The notes: generated by a model from the letters alone, not told the origin. A DNA stretch of 63,975 nt, filler included, from Vicugna vicugna (GCA_013265495.1; 78 parts of 78 records of this genome joined end to end with filler, not necessarily neighbours in it); one strand, 5' to 3'. Shown: positions 37,190 through 49,262, numbered from the whole stretch's first letter. A program made the numbers and translations.

Positions 37190-37954
37190 AGGGTAGACAA
37201 GTTAAGAGATTTTATAAGAACCAAGGCCCTGCTCCCAGTTGGAAGAGGCTGCCCACTCTCAGGATAATTGTGCAAGTGTTCGTGTGTGTGCTGGAGGTGT
37301 GGAAACAGACTCCACGGATCTTTATGGGGGCACAGGTGTTCCCAGGTTAGGGATGTAGTTTAAACACCTCCACANNNNNNNNNNNNNNNNNNNNNNNNNN
37401 NNNNNNNNNNNNNNNNNNNNNNNNNNNNNNNNNNNNNNNNNNNNNNNNNNNNNNNNNNNNNNNNNNNNNNNNNNNNNNNNNAGAACCCAGGCGCTGCTGT
37501 CAGTTGGAGGAACTTCCCTGCACTCAGAATTCCAGAACACATTCTTAGGTGTGGGAGAGATGTGCATCCCCACTCCACCCAGATGAATGGAGGAAAAGCT
37601 GTTCCGTTTAGGGAGAAGTCCGCTAAGTACTTCCTCAGTGGATCCGGGGGCACTCACTGCTACTTGGCCTCCAAGCCCAACCCCCAGCTTTCCCTCATGG
37701 CCTGGCCTAAAGGAACACTCAGGGAACAGAAGCTAAGGGATACTAAAAGAACCCAGGTGCTGCTGTCAGTTTGAGGAACCTCCCCACACTCAGAATACCA
37801 GAACACTTCTTCGCGTGTGTGCTGGATGTAGGGAAACAGTCAAAGCATCTTTCAGGGGGCACATTTATACCATGGTTGTGGGTTGTATTTTAAAAAGAAA
37901 CATCCCATAGATAGGCTCTCGCTAATACTTGGCTTAGAGCCCAACCCCCACTTT
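37190..37954. repeat. SatC array (opposite orientation)
   Basis: gaacccaggcgctgctgtcagttggagg and gaacccaggtgctgctgtcagtttgagg; reverse complement of 3790-4257. Confidence 0.93.
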
Positions 37955-38054
37955 NNNNNNNNNNNNNNNNNNNNNNNNNNNNNNNNNNNNNNNNNNNNTT
38001 AATTAATTAANNNNNNNNNNNNNNNNNNNNNNNNNNNNNNNNNNNNNNNNNNNN

Positions 38055-38590
38055 ATTGTCCGAAGACAATTGTTTTGACATTATGTTGATATCTCATTTA
38101 CACTCTTTTAGAATTTTAACAGAATTCATTTACATGTTTTGGGGGTTATACGAAAATGAAGTTATTTTTTGAAACACACTAAATCGACCTAGAAGCCAGA
38201 CTTGTCAATTTTGGTAACATTTTGTCAGCTCTACGGAAAACCTAGACAGATAGAATGCAAACTAGCANNNNNNNNNNNNNNNNNNNNNNNNNNNNNNNNN
38301 NNNNNNNNNNNNNNNNNNNNNNNNNNNNNNNNNNNNNNNNNNNNNNNNNNNNNNNNNNNNNNNNNNNNNNNNNNNNNNNNNNNNNNNNNNNNNNNNNNNN
38401 NNNNNNNNNNNNNNNNNNNNNNNNNNNNNNNNNNNNNNNNNNNNNNNNNNNNNNNNNNNNNNNNNNNNNNNGAAACAAACCTATACATTTAGGTTTGAAT
38501 CTAAAAGCACCTAGAGGCATTATAGCTAGTAGAACCCTGCTGCAACTTTGCTAGTCTATTGAGAACCAGGTGTTCTTCTATCAGTGATGA
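38055..38590. repeat. Unclassified multicopy sequence, family E (second copy), gapped
   Basis: Reverse complement of ~26200-26745 with scattered substitutions. Confidence 0.8.
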
Positions 38591-38690
38591 NNNNNNNNNN
38601 NNNNNNNNNNNNNNNNNNNNNNNNNNNNNNNNNNTTAATTAATTAANNNNNNNNNNNNNNNNNNNNNNNNNNNNNNNNNNNNNNNNNNNN

Positions 38691-40110
38691 GTCAGTGCGT
38701 GGGGGAGCTCGAGAGACAACTCAATGCAGCTCTCTCCAGTCACATGTGATCCCTGTTCGGGGAAGTCCGAGAAATAATTTCCCTGATCTTGGGGAGGCAG
38801 CCTCTGTCACTGGGATATCCTGCAAACCCCCCTAGCATTCCCTGGCACAGAGACATTAGGAAAACACTCAGGGGANNNNNNNNNNNNNNNNNNNNNNNNN
38901 NNNNNNNNNNNNNNNNNNNNNNNNNNNNNNNNNNNNNNNNNNNNNNNNNNNNNNNNNNNNNNNNNNNNNNNNNNNNNNNNNNNNNNNNNNNNNNNNNNNN
39001 NNNNNNNNNNNNNNNNNNNNNNNNNNNNNNNNNNNNNNNNNNNNNNNNNNNNNNNNNNNNNNNNNNNNNNNNNNNNNNNNNNNNNNNNNNNNNNNNNNNN
39101 NNNNNNNNNNNNNNNNNNNNNNNNNNNNNNNNNNNNNNNNNNNNNNNNNNNNNNNNNNNNNNNNNNNNNNNNNNNNNNNNNNNNNNNNNNNNNNNNNNNN
39201 NNNNNNNNNNNNNNNNNNNNNNNNNNNNNNNNNNNNNNNNNNNNNNNNNNNNNNNNNNNNNNNNNNNNNNNNNNNTCCTGTTCGGTCCGAGAAATACCTT
39301 CCCTGACCTTGGGGAGGCAGCCTCTGTCACTGGGATATCCTGCAAACATCCCTAGCATTCCCTGGCACAGAGACTTTTGGAAAACACTCAGTGGAGACGA
39401 GCTTAGGCTTTCAGTTAGAATCCACGCGCTGCCGACTGTTGGTGGAACCTCCCCACGCTCAGGATTCCGGAACCATTGTCAGTGCGTGGGGGAGCTCGAG
39501 AGACAACTCCACGCAGCTCTCTTCAGTCACAGGTGTTCCCTGTTNNNNNNNNNNNNNNNNNNNNNNNNNNNNNNNNNNNNNNNNNNNNNNNNNNNNNNNN
39601 NNNNNNNNNNNNNNNNNNNNNNNNNNNNNNNNNNNNNNNNNNNNNNNNNNNNNNNNNNNNNNNNNNNNNNNNNNNNNNNNNNNNNNNNNNNNNNNNNNNN
39701 NNNNNNNNNNNNNNNNNNNNNNNNNNNNNNNNNNNNNNNNNNNNNNNNNNNNNNNNNNNNNNNNNNNNNNNNNNNNNNNNNNNNNNNNNNNNNNNNNNNN
39801 NNNNNNNNNNNNNNNNNNNNNNNNNNNNNNNNNNNNNNNNCAGCCTCTGTCACTGGGATATCCTGTAAAACCCCCTAGCATTCCCTGGCACAGAGACATT
39901 AGGAAAACACTCAGGGGAGACGAGCTTAGGCTTTCCGTTAGAACCCACGCGCTGACGACCGTTGGTGGAACCTCCACACGCTCAGGATTCCGGAAACATT
40001 GTCAGTGCATGCGGGAGCTCGAGAGAAAATTCCACGCAACTCTCTTTAGCCACAGGCGTTCCATTTTCGGGGAAGTCTGAGAAATACCTTCCCTGAATTT
40101 GGGGAGACAG
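38691..40110. repeat. SatA tandem array (opposite orientation), gapped
   Basis: cagcctctgtcactgggatatcctg appears in three separate segments. Confidence 0.95.
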
Positions 40111-40377
40111 NNNNNNNNNNNNNNNNNNNNNNNNNNNNNNNNNNNNNNNNNNNNTTAATTAATTAANNNNNNNNNNNNNNNNNNNNNNNNNNNNNNNNNN
40201 NNNNNNNNNNTCTACAACTATGTCATTGTAGCTAATTTATATTTTGCATTTTTTTGGTGTTATGAAGGGATACAAATCAATGCCTCTTATACACTTATAC
40301 CAGTCTTTTTCTTTTCCCCCTTTTTACTGTTATTATGAAGGAAGGGCCTCACTTCTCTTCTGTGTCCACCATTCCAG

Positions 40378-40492
40378 GCAGTGCTCCTTCAACTTGGCTG
40401 CACATTAGAATAACCAGAGGAGCTTTAAAAACTTCCCTATGCCAGAATGCACCCCAGGCCACTAAGTACCATCAGAGTTTGCAGTGATGGAA
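40378..40492. mobile_element. MER5A-like hAT MITE fragment
   Basis: cagtg...aacttggctgcacattagaataaccagaggagctttaaaaa...atgcc...cacccca. Confidence 0.7.
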
Positions 40493-41058
40493 NNNNNNNN
40501 NNNNNNNNNNNNNNNNNNNNNNNNNNNNNNNNNNNNNNNNNNNNNNNNNNNNNNNNNNNNNNNNNNNNNNNNNNNNNNNNNNNNNNNNNNNNNNNNNNNN
40601 NNNNNNNNNNNNNNNNNNNNNNNNNNNNNNNNNNNNNNNNNNNNNNNNNNNNNNNNNNNNNNNNNNNNNNNNNNNNNNNNNNNNNNNNNNNNNNNNNNNN
40701 NNNNNNNNNNNNNNNNNNNNNNNNNNNNNNNNNNNNNNNNNNNNNNNNNNNNGAGAGAGAACAGCAGAATGTGGATCTTCAGTGATGACTGATGCTTCAG
40801 AAATCTGTACTTAATATTTATTACACTTAACACTTTGGTAAATGGTTAATAAAATCACATTATATTTATAGGCGATACTAAAAAAATGAGTTAATGCCTT
40901 TTGTTTAAGAAAAAAGAAAATGTAAATAATTTATTGAACTTTTGGAAACAGACTAGCTNNNNNNNNNNNNNNNNNNNNNNNNNNNNNNNNNNNNNNNNNN
41001 NNTTAATTAATTAANNNNNNNNNNNNNNNNNNNNNNNNNNNNNNNNNNNNNNNNNNNN

Positions 41059-41841
41059 AAACCGGCACTAGGAAACAGACTGAGAAACCAGAGTCAGTGT
41101 TTTACCTGCAACCCTTTCCCTTCGTGCTGGATGAACGAACGTATCTCCACATGCTCAGTTCTGAGAGATAAGTGTGTGTGAAAGCCGTCCTTCACCTAGC
41201 TTGAAGGGAACACAAAGTTTCTTTTCAGTTGCCAACTCCACTCCATACATATATATGGGGAGGTACANNNNNNNNNNNNNNNNNNNNNNNNNNNNNNNNN
41301 NNNNNNNNNNNNNNNNNNNNNNNNNNNNNNNNNNNNNNNNNNNNNNNNNNNNNNNNNNNNNNNNNNNNNNNNNNNNNNNNNNNNNNNNNNNNNNNNNNNN
41401 NNNNNNNNNNNNNNNNNNNNNNNNNNNNNNNNNNNNNNNNNNNNNNNNNNNNNNNNNNNNNNNNNNNNNNNNNNNNNNNNNNNNNNNNNNNNNNNNNNNN
41501 NNNNNNNNNNNNNNNNNNNNNNNNNNNNNNNNNNNNNNNNNNNNNNNNNNNNNNNNNNNNNNNNNNNNNNNNNNNNNNNNNNNNNNNNNNNNNNNNNNNN
41601 NNNNNNNNNNNNNNNNNNNNNNNNNNNNNNNNNNNNNNNNNNNNNNNNNNNNNNNNNNNNNNNNNNNNNNNNNNNNNNNNNNNNNNNNNNNNNNNNNNNN
41701 NNNNNNNNNNNNNNNNNNNNNNNNNNNNNNNNNNNNNNNNNNNNNNNNNNNNNNNNNNNNNNNNNNNNNNNNNNNNNNNNNNNAGCAATTCAAACCGGGA
41801 CTAGGAAACAGACTGAGAAGCCAGAGTCAGTGTTTCTCCTG
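41059..41841. repeat. SatG satellite (~249-bp monomer), gapped
   Basis: aaaccgg.actaggaaacagactgagaa.ccagagtcagtgttt at both 41059 and ~41792; reverse complement of 59151-59667. Confidence 0.88.
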
Positions 41842-41951
41842 NNNNNNNNNNNNNNNNNNNNNNNNNNNNNNNNNNNNNNNNNNNNTTAATTAATTAANNN
41901 NNNNNNNNNNNNNNNNNNNNNNNNNNNNNNNNNNNNNNNNNGCCGCGGCGG

Positions 41952-42186
41952 CTGGTCGACCTCGTGGGGGGAGGGGATCCACTGGGGCCGCGGCGGCTGG
42001 TCGACCTCGTGGGGGATCCACTCGGCCCAGGAGGCTGTGTAGCCCGCTGGACACAGCGGGATCCACCGTGGTCGCGGGAGCGACTGGGACGCGAGCCCCA
42101 TGGGACACCCGTGGATCCCCTCCGGCCGCGTGGAGCCGTGTGGAGCCGCTGCGTCTGGTCGACCGCACGTCGACCCGGAAAAAAAA
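41952..42186 (-). terminator. RNA polymerase I terminator region: T-run plus Sal boxes
   Basis: On the minus strand: T8 (42179-42186), then GGGTCGAC, CGGTCGACCAG (42155-42165), and AGGTCGACCAG at 41997-42007 and 41952-41962. GGTCGACCAG is the mammalian TTF-I site core. Confidence 0.88.
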
Positions 42187-42509
42187 GGGGAAGCCGCCCG
42201 GCCTGCGACCCCCCCGCGTCGCCGGCTGGGGTGCCCGCACAGGCGCCTCACCGCCTTCGGCGGCGGCGGCGGCGGCGGCCCCCCCGGCCCGGCTGGACCC
42301 ACCGGTCCGCCCTCCGGCGACCACCCCCGCCTCCGAGGCCGAGGCCGGCGCCGCACGCGACGCGACGCGACGCGACGCGACGCAAACCCCCACACCTCCC
42401 GGCGGGACGTGCGCCTTCCCGCCCCCACGACCCGGGACCCGCCCGGGCGGGCGGTCGAGGGGGCGCGCACGGCGGCGCGCGAGACCCGCCGACGGCGCCG
42501 CGCGAGGGC
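42187..42509 (-). other. rDNA 3' external transcribed spacer (~325 nt)
   Basis: Very GC/CpG-rich stretch between the 28S 3' end and the T-run/Sal boxes. Confidence 0.85.
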
Positions 42510-42620
42510 GACAAACCCTTGTGTCGAGGGCTGACTTTCAATAGATCGCAGCGAGGGAGCTGCTCTGCTACGTACGAAACCCCGACCCAGAAGCAGGTCG
42601 TCTACGAATGGTTTAGCACC
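42510..42620 (-). rRNA. 28S rRNA, 3'-terminal ~111 nt (partial)
   Basis: Minus strand ...GCAGAGCAGCTCCCTCGCTGCGATCTATTGAAAGTCAGCCCTCGACACAAGGGTTTGTC is the mammalian 28S 3' end. Confidence 0.97.
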
Positions 42621-42720
42621 NNNNNNNNNNNNNNNNNNNNNNNNNNNNNNNNNNNNNNNNNNNNTTAATTAATTAANNNNNNNNNNNNNNNNNNNNNNNN
42701 NNNNNNNNNNNNNNNNNNNN

Positions 42721-43470
42721 GCGGTTGCGATTACCGATATGTCCCATGGCCACACCCAGTGCATCAGCAGGATCAGGGATCAATTGGGCATTTTGCCAAT
42801 AGAGCACTTGTGGGGCTGAATCAGAATATTGTGCATCTGGTCTGAGGGATCCAGTGGGCCTTGTGTTTGAAATCAGAATGAAAAAACTTAGGATCTGCTA
42901 CATTCATAACCTGGGCTTGGATTATGGTTTAGCTTGAGGCACAGGATGCGCAAAATCTCTGTGGTTGCCTTCGTGCACCCGTGCCACAAGGATGAGAGGA
43001 CAAGGTAGAGTTGTCCAAGTCCACAGCATGAGAAGAGGAAGCATATCCTTGAGCACTATCTCCCAAAAGCGATGCTACATTTTGGATGGCACCGGCACGG
43101 TACAGCACCGAGGACACCAAGGTAGGTCTGCGGGATAATTCCAGCAGGCCCTGATGTGTGACATCCATGGATGTGCTTGCACTGCTGTTTCAGTAGACAG
43201 AGAAGCTCTGGGAAGAAATGCTNNNNNNNNNNNNNNNNNNNNNNNNNNNNNNNNNNNNNNNNNNNNNNNNNNNNNNNNNNNNNNNNNNNNNNNNNNNNNN
43301 NNNNNNNNNNNNNNNNNNNNNNNNNNNNNNNNNNNNNNNNNNNNNNNNNNNNNNNNNNNNNNNNNNNNNNNNGAGATATGCGTAATCTAAATGAACTTAT
43401 GCCAATCGAAATAGTATGGGTTTTACATCACAACAAATGCAACAGCAGCAATTGGAGATATACCAGACAA
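42721..43470. repeat. Unclassified multicopy sequence, family F
   Basis: Collinear with the reverse complement of 49263-50022 (cgatatgtcccatggccacacccagtgcat; gatctgctacattcataacctgggct). Confidence 0.82.
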
Positions 43471-44460
43471 NNNNNNNNNNNNNNNNNNNNNNNNNNNNNN
43501 NNNNNNNNNNNNNNTTAATTAATTAANNNNNNNNNNNNNNNNNNNNNNNNNNNNNNNNNNNNNNNNNNNNGATCAGTCTGATTTTAAAGGCTATGTTATA
43601 AACAATGAACAGCACGGTGAGAGTGGGACAATTGTGAGGCGCTCAAGTAGGGAGGAGGAGGCTGAGAATCCATTTTCCCCACTTCTATGTCTTTTATCAC
43701 TTCTATTTCTGACCTTTGCTTTGCCACTTTTTGTAGCACTGCCAACACTGGCAAGTAAAGGGGCAGCAATGTGACTTGGCCGTTTGGCCGATGGGGCTAC
43801 ATTTCCCAGCACTGGAATGAAAAGGCACTGGAAGAGGATCAGGTGGAAGATGTGAACCGTGGTCTTGGCCTGTGCCAAACACTAACCAGGTGACCCTGGG
43901 TTAGGCTCTTAGTCTCTCTAGGCTTCTGGCTGTTTACTTATAAAAGAAGGTTTTGTCATTCCACAAATATATCCAATATGAAATGTAACATGAAAGTCAA
44001 ACATAATGACATCTCACCTGCTTGCCTCAGGGAACTGTACAGTCACTGAACACTATGTGAATGTAAACACAGAGTTAAAACACAGAGTTAACTGTTGAGG
44101 CAAAGCGCTAAAGTGAACATGGAGATAAATTGTATGGATTTTCCTGGCTTTCTTTTTTAATTGCAACACTGAAGTAATAGTTATTATCTATATGCCACAC
44201 CACAACCCCTGCGAAAAAATAAAGTAGGTTACCACTGCCTGGATGCCTGCTATTGCCCCATGCTAAGCAGGGTGAGTGGTATAAAGAAGGCTGAACAAGG
44301 GAGTCTTCTCCAGTCACGAGCTACGTAAGGAGACACATTGGAAACCACCGGGAATGGTACNNNNNNNNNNNNNNNNNNNNNNNNNNNNNNNNNNNNNNNN
44401 NNNNTTAATTAATTAANNNNNNNNNNNNNNNNNNNNNNNNNNNNNNNNNNNNNNNNNNNN

Positions 44461-45600
44461 ATATAGAATACAGAAAACTGAATATAGAATCTAGAATATA
44501 GAATGAAGAGCACAGAACATAGAATATAGTATAGAGATTATAGAACCCAGAATTTAGAATTTGGAATGTAGAACACAGGATTTAGAATATAGAATAGACA
44601 TTATAGACCCAGAAATTAGAACATGGAATGTAGAACACAGGATTGAGAATATAGAATACAAAATACTGAATATCGAATTTAGAATATAGAATGTAGAACA
44701 CAGAATATAGAATATAGGATACGGAATGTAGAATAGAATACAGAATATAGAATATAGAACACAAAATATAGAATATTGAATACAGAATACATAACCCAGA
44801 ACTTAGAACATGGAATTCAGAACACAGAATCTAGAATATAGAATACAGAATACAGAATATAGAATGTAGAATACAGAATGTAGAACACAGAATATGGAAT
44901 ATAGAATATAGAATGCAGAATATAGTATGTAGAATATAGAATGAAGAACACAAATATAGAATATAGAATGGAGAATATAGAACCCAGAATTTTGAACATG
45001 GAATGCAGAACANNNNNNNNNNNNNNNNNNNNNNNNNNNNNNNNNNNNNNNNNNNNNNNNNNNNNNNNNNNNNNNNNNNNNNNNNNNNNNNNNNNNNNNN
45101 NNNNNNNNNNNNNNNNNNNNNNNNNNNNNNNNNNNNNNNNNNNNNNNNNNNNNNNNNNNNNNNNNNNNNNNNNNNNNNNNNNNNNNNNNNNNNNNNNNNN
45201 NNNNNNNNNNNNNNNNNNNNNNNNNNNNNNNNNNNNNNNNNNNNNNNNNNNAATGCGGAAAACAGTATATAGAATATATAATACAGAATACTGAATATAG
45301 AATTTAGAACATAGAATGCGGAACACAGAATTTAGAATATGAAACACAGAATACTGAATATAGAATATAGAACATGGAATGCAGAACTCAGAATTTACAA
45401 TATAAAATACAGAATACTGAATATAGATCTTAGAACATGGAATGCAGAACCCAGAATAGAGAATATAGAATACGGAATACAGAATATAGAATATAGGATA
45501 TAGAATGATGAACACAAAATATAGAATACATAATAGAGAATATAGAAACCAGAAGTAAGAATATGGAATGTAGAACACAGAATTTAGAATATAGAATACA
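44461..45600. repeat. SatD satellite with 63-bp higher-order units
   Basis: ctgaat variant at 45291, 45354 and 45417 (63 bp = 9x7). Confidence 0.93.
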
Positions 45601-46234
45601 NNNNNNNNNNNNNNNNNNNNNNNNNNNNNNNNNNNNNNNNNNNNTTAATTAATTAANNNNNNNNNNNNNNNNNNNNNNNNNNNNNNNNNNNNNNNNNNNN
45701 CGTGCTGGTGGGCAGTCACTTGGGGACTCCTAGGAGCCATGCTGACTCTCCTGAGTCTCGCATTCGGGGTTACAGAACTGTTGATCACCGGAGGAAGCCC
45801 GTTCACGTGAAGCCAGCACAGAATTGCATCAATTTCATTTTATTTTTGAATTTTCAGCGGAGAAATTATTTGTAGCAAACTGTTCCAGATTTTCTGCCGC
45901 CTGCTTTCCTCACCACCGTCTCCTTGTCGGCTCTGGTGCCTGTTTTAAGAACCAGGTTTCTTCTCTGGTCATTTCTAGCAGCTGGGCTTGCCGAATCCTT
46001 GATATTCATTTGAAGCAGAATGCTTCTTTGTGATGTCAAACTGATTACCCTTGTCATTTCTGAATATCTCGTGTACACTCAGCAACTGTTTCAAGTGAAA
46101 TGCTCTTGTCCAATTTCGGTTAACTCACATTTGCTGACCTGCTGCTTTCATGCTGAGGGCAGTTTCTTCTTCCTGTAATAAAAGTTAGCAATTTGCATTT
46201 ACTATTGGAAGGTACTGGCCCAAGGTGCTTTTGT

Positions 46235-46615
46235 TCTTAACAGTTTTAATACAACTCACCGATTAAAATGTACTGCGGTTTTTACTCAAGCCCCGTACCC
46301 AAAAGCAGTCATTCCCATCTTCCCCATCCTCCCCCAGCCCCAGGCAGCCACTCTTCTCTCTCTGTGGATTTGCCTGTGCTGGACATTTCATGTAAATCGA
46401 GTCACTTTATGTTAATGGAACCGTCTATAGTGATTGAATTCTTTCACACTGAGTAATGTTTTCAATGTTTGTCCACGTTTGTCCACGTAGTGACCTGTCT
46501 CAGTACTCCTTGCTTTGCTATTGCTGAATAATATTCCACTCTATGGCTGGGTCCCTCTGTTTACCCATTTATCACGTGATAGACATTTGGGTTGTTTCTG
46601 CTTTTTGCCTGTGAT
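46235..46615 (-). mobile_element. L1M 3' region
   Basis: cccccagccccaggcagccact...tctgtggatttgcctgtgctggacatttcatgtaaat...gacatttgggttgtttc. Confidence 0.8.
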
Positions 46616-47454
46616 NNNNNNNNNNNNNNNNNNNNNNNNNNNNNNNNNNNNNNNNNNNNTTAATTAATTAANNNNNNNNNNNNNNNNNNNNNNNNNNNNN
46701 NNNNNNNNNNNNNNNGTGCAATTTGCTGGAATCCTCTGGGGTGTGGCTGCTGCTCCTATAACTTAGAATCACAACAGAGAGTAAGACGTATTTTACAGAA
46801 AACTGCCACTTTACTTCCTGGATTTGATCAGTAAGGTTACAAATGCACCCTGTCCATAAATTGGGGGACTGTTTTAGCAATGGTTCCACCTACTGATCTT
46901 CTGCAATCTAAATAAGACAGTCACCCTTAATAGCTTTTTGTGCACAGAATATCCTTGGTTATTTATAATAGAGTGAGGCTGTTAAAAGCTGCTCTCTCTT
47001 GGCATCACACTGTGCACCAGAAACAGGAGGCATGGTCAGAAGACAGCATATACAGAGGTCTCTACAGTGGCACTGGGTCAAAACAGAACTTTATTTTTTA
47101 ATTCTTATTTCTCACTGAAGTGTAGTTTATTTACAATATTAGTTTCAGGTGTACAGCAAAGCCAAATAGAATTTTTATAGATATACTGCTTAAAACAGCA
47201 AACCAGTCTCCTGCCTTCTACCTCCAATTGTGGGCTTGAAATTGAGCCCTGAACTTGCCTGACTGGAAACATATACACCAGACCTCTATGGAATAAGGAA
47301 AGTACTGCTTAGTAATTAGAGCATTCTGGAACTGTTTATTGAAAGGTGTATTTTNNNNNNNNNNNNNNNNNNNNNNNNNNNNNNNNNNNNNNNNNNNNTT
47401 AATTAATTAANNNNNNNNNNNNNNNNNNNNNNNNNNNNNNNNNNNNNNNNNNNN

Positions 47455-47916
47455 TTCCTATCACCAGATTCAAGAATCACACTTTGACCCCAGAAAAAAC
47501 CTCTTGGATCGAATTCTACTCTAGAGATATGTAATTTGAATAGAATCCATCTACATGATATTCCGTGTTCCGTACATGCTACGTATATGACGGATTCGAC
47601 AAATATACATTCCTGAGTTGAGGTCATCTGGATTACTAATCTTTCCTCCTCTATAAAGGAATATTCTCATCTAGACACGTGTACACTTTTTCACAAGCTT
47701 TCCCTAAAACCAGGTTCGAAACCGTGCATTTTTCACAAAAAAATATTTCTGTAGCGATTTCCACCTAATAGGTATGTAATTAACATGAATTCCATCAACA
47801 TCATCAACATGTCCTTCCGGGTTACGTACCTGCTACATGCATGAAGGATTCGGCAATCATGCATTTCTGAATTGTGAGCATGTGGATTGCTGACATTTCA
47901 TCCACCAAACATTGCG
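47455..47916. repeat. SatB satellite
   Basis: Reverse complement of 2822-3220, preceded by the end of monomer 3; short catcaacat duplication near 47790. Confidence 0.93.
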
Positions 47917-48016
47917 NNNNNNNNNNNNNNNNNNNNNNNNNNNNNNNNNNNNNNNNNNNNTTAATTAATTAANNNNNNNNNNNNNNNNNNNNNNNNNNNN
48001 NNNNNNNNNNNNNNNN

Positions 48017-48284
48017 GATCCTGGGTTCTGGATCCACGAAGTCTTTGGCTTGATTCCTGACTCTAACCCTCATGTTGGGCAAGTGTTTGAAGCTTTCTGT
48101 GCCTCTGTTTCTTGGTGTCCCAAATGGGGACAATAGTAACAATTACGTCTGAGAGTCAGGAGGGCCTTTATAGGTGTCATTGCATTACGCTCACAGCAGC
48201 CCACAAGCACGGTTCTATGTCCCCCATTTTACACGTGGCAGACGGGTAACCTTTTAATCAGTAATCACGCAGCTAAGAATGGTC
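48017..48284. mobile_element. MIR fragments (two, opposite orientations)
   Basis: ttgggcaagtg...tctgtgcctctgtttc...aaatggggacaata; cccccattttacacgtgg. Confidence 0.6.
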
Positions 48285-48601
48285 NNNNNNNNNNNNNNNN
48301 NNNNNNNNNNNNNNNNNNNNNNNNNNNNNNNNNNNNNNNNNNNNNNNNNNNNNNNNNNNNNNNNNNNNNNNNNNNNNNNNNNNNNNNNNNNNNNNNNNNN
48401 NNNNNNNNNNNNNNNNNNNNNNNNNNNNNNNNNNNNNNNNNNNNNNNNNNNNNNNNNNNNNNNNNNNNNNNNNNNNNNNNNNNNNNNNNNNNNNNNNNNN
48501 NNNNNNNNNNNNNNNNNNNNNNNNNNNNNNNNNNNNNNNTCTACAGGTTGATTCTCAGCCCTGACTGATCAGTAGAGCTAATGTCTAAAAACAAAAAAGG
48601 T

Positions 48602-48730
48602 GGGGAGGGTACGGCTCAGTGGTAGAGCACGTGCTTAGCATGCAAGAGGTCCTGGGTTCAATTCCCAGAACCTCCATTAAAATAAATAAAGCTAAATATA
48701 CCCCCAAAAAGGGAAGAAGTATTTAAAAAA
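48602..48730 (+). mobile_element. tRNA-Ala-derived SINE (camelid vic-1-like), possibly inside a MER5-like relic
   Basis: ggggagggtacggctcagtggtagagcacgtgcttagcatgcaagaggtcctgggttcaattcccag followed by an aaataaataaa tail. Confidence 0.88.
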
Positions 48731-48879
48731 CAATAAAGAGTACAAAGACCCCACTCCAGGCTGGGGCACACTATATTTTAAAGGCTCCCAGATGCTTCCC
48801 ATGTGCAGGAGGGTGAGAGCTACCCCTCTACACCTCTTCTCTTGAGCTTGTCCACTCACACCCATTAGCCTCTTGAAAC

Positions 48880-49162
48880 AGGAAAACTACTTGGCTCAGC
48901 CTAGATCTTCCTCCCGATTTCTAGACTTTTATTTGCCTACTGGACATCTCTCCTGGAGCCCACAGGCACCCAGCCAGAACTGAATCAGCTGTATCCTCTC
49001 ATGACTTACCCCTCTTCCTACCCATTTTATTTCAGGGAATGGCACTATAATTTAGGACACTGCCAAAGACAGATAGCTGGCTGGCATCTTTGACCTCTTC
49101 CTGCCCTTCCATCACATCTGTGGCCAATCTGTCCACCTGCTGAAATGTTTTCTCCTCTCTCC
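48880..49162 (+). mobile_element. L2 fragment
   Basis: tgcctactggacatctctcctgga...aatggcacta...gcatctttgacctcttcct. Confidence 0.65.
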
Positions 49163-49262
49163 NNNNNNNNNNNNNNNNNNNNNNNNNNNNNNNNNNNNNN
49201 NNNNNNTTAATTAATTAANNNNNNNNNNNNNNNNNNNNNNNNNNNNNNNNNNNNNNNNNNNN

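Noticed and set aside
41886..42668. Several 100-230 aa Arg/Pro/Gly-rich ORFs
   Set aside because: They overlap 28S, the 3'ETS and the terminator; GC-rich rDNA lacks stop codons.
44817..45578. Hydrophobic FYILYS-repeat ORFs (also 62682-63169 and others)
   Set aside because: Translation of the SatD ATTCT strand.
48602..48675. tRNA-Ala gene
   Set aside because: tRNA-like head with an A-rich tail and diverged dispersed copies, one with a TSD; it is a SINE.
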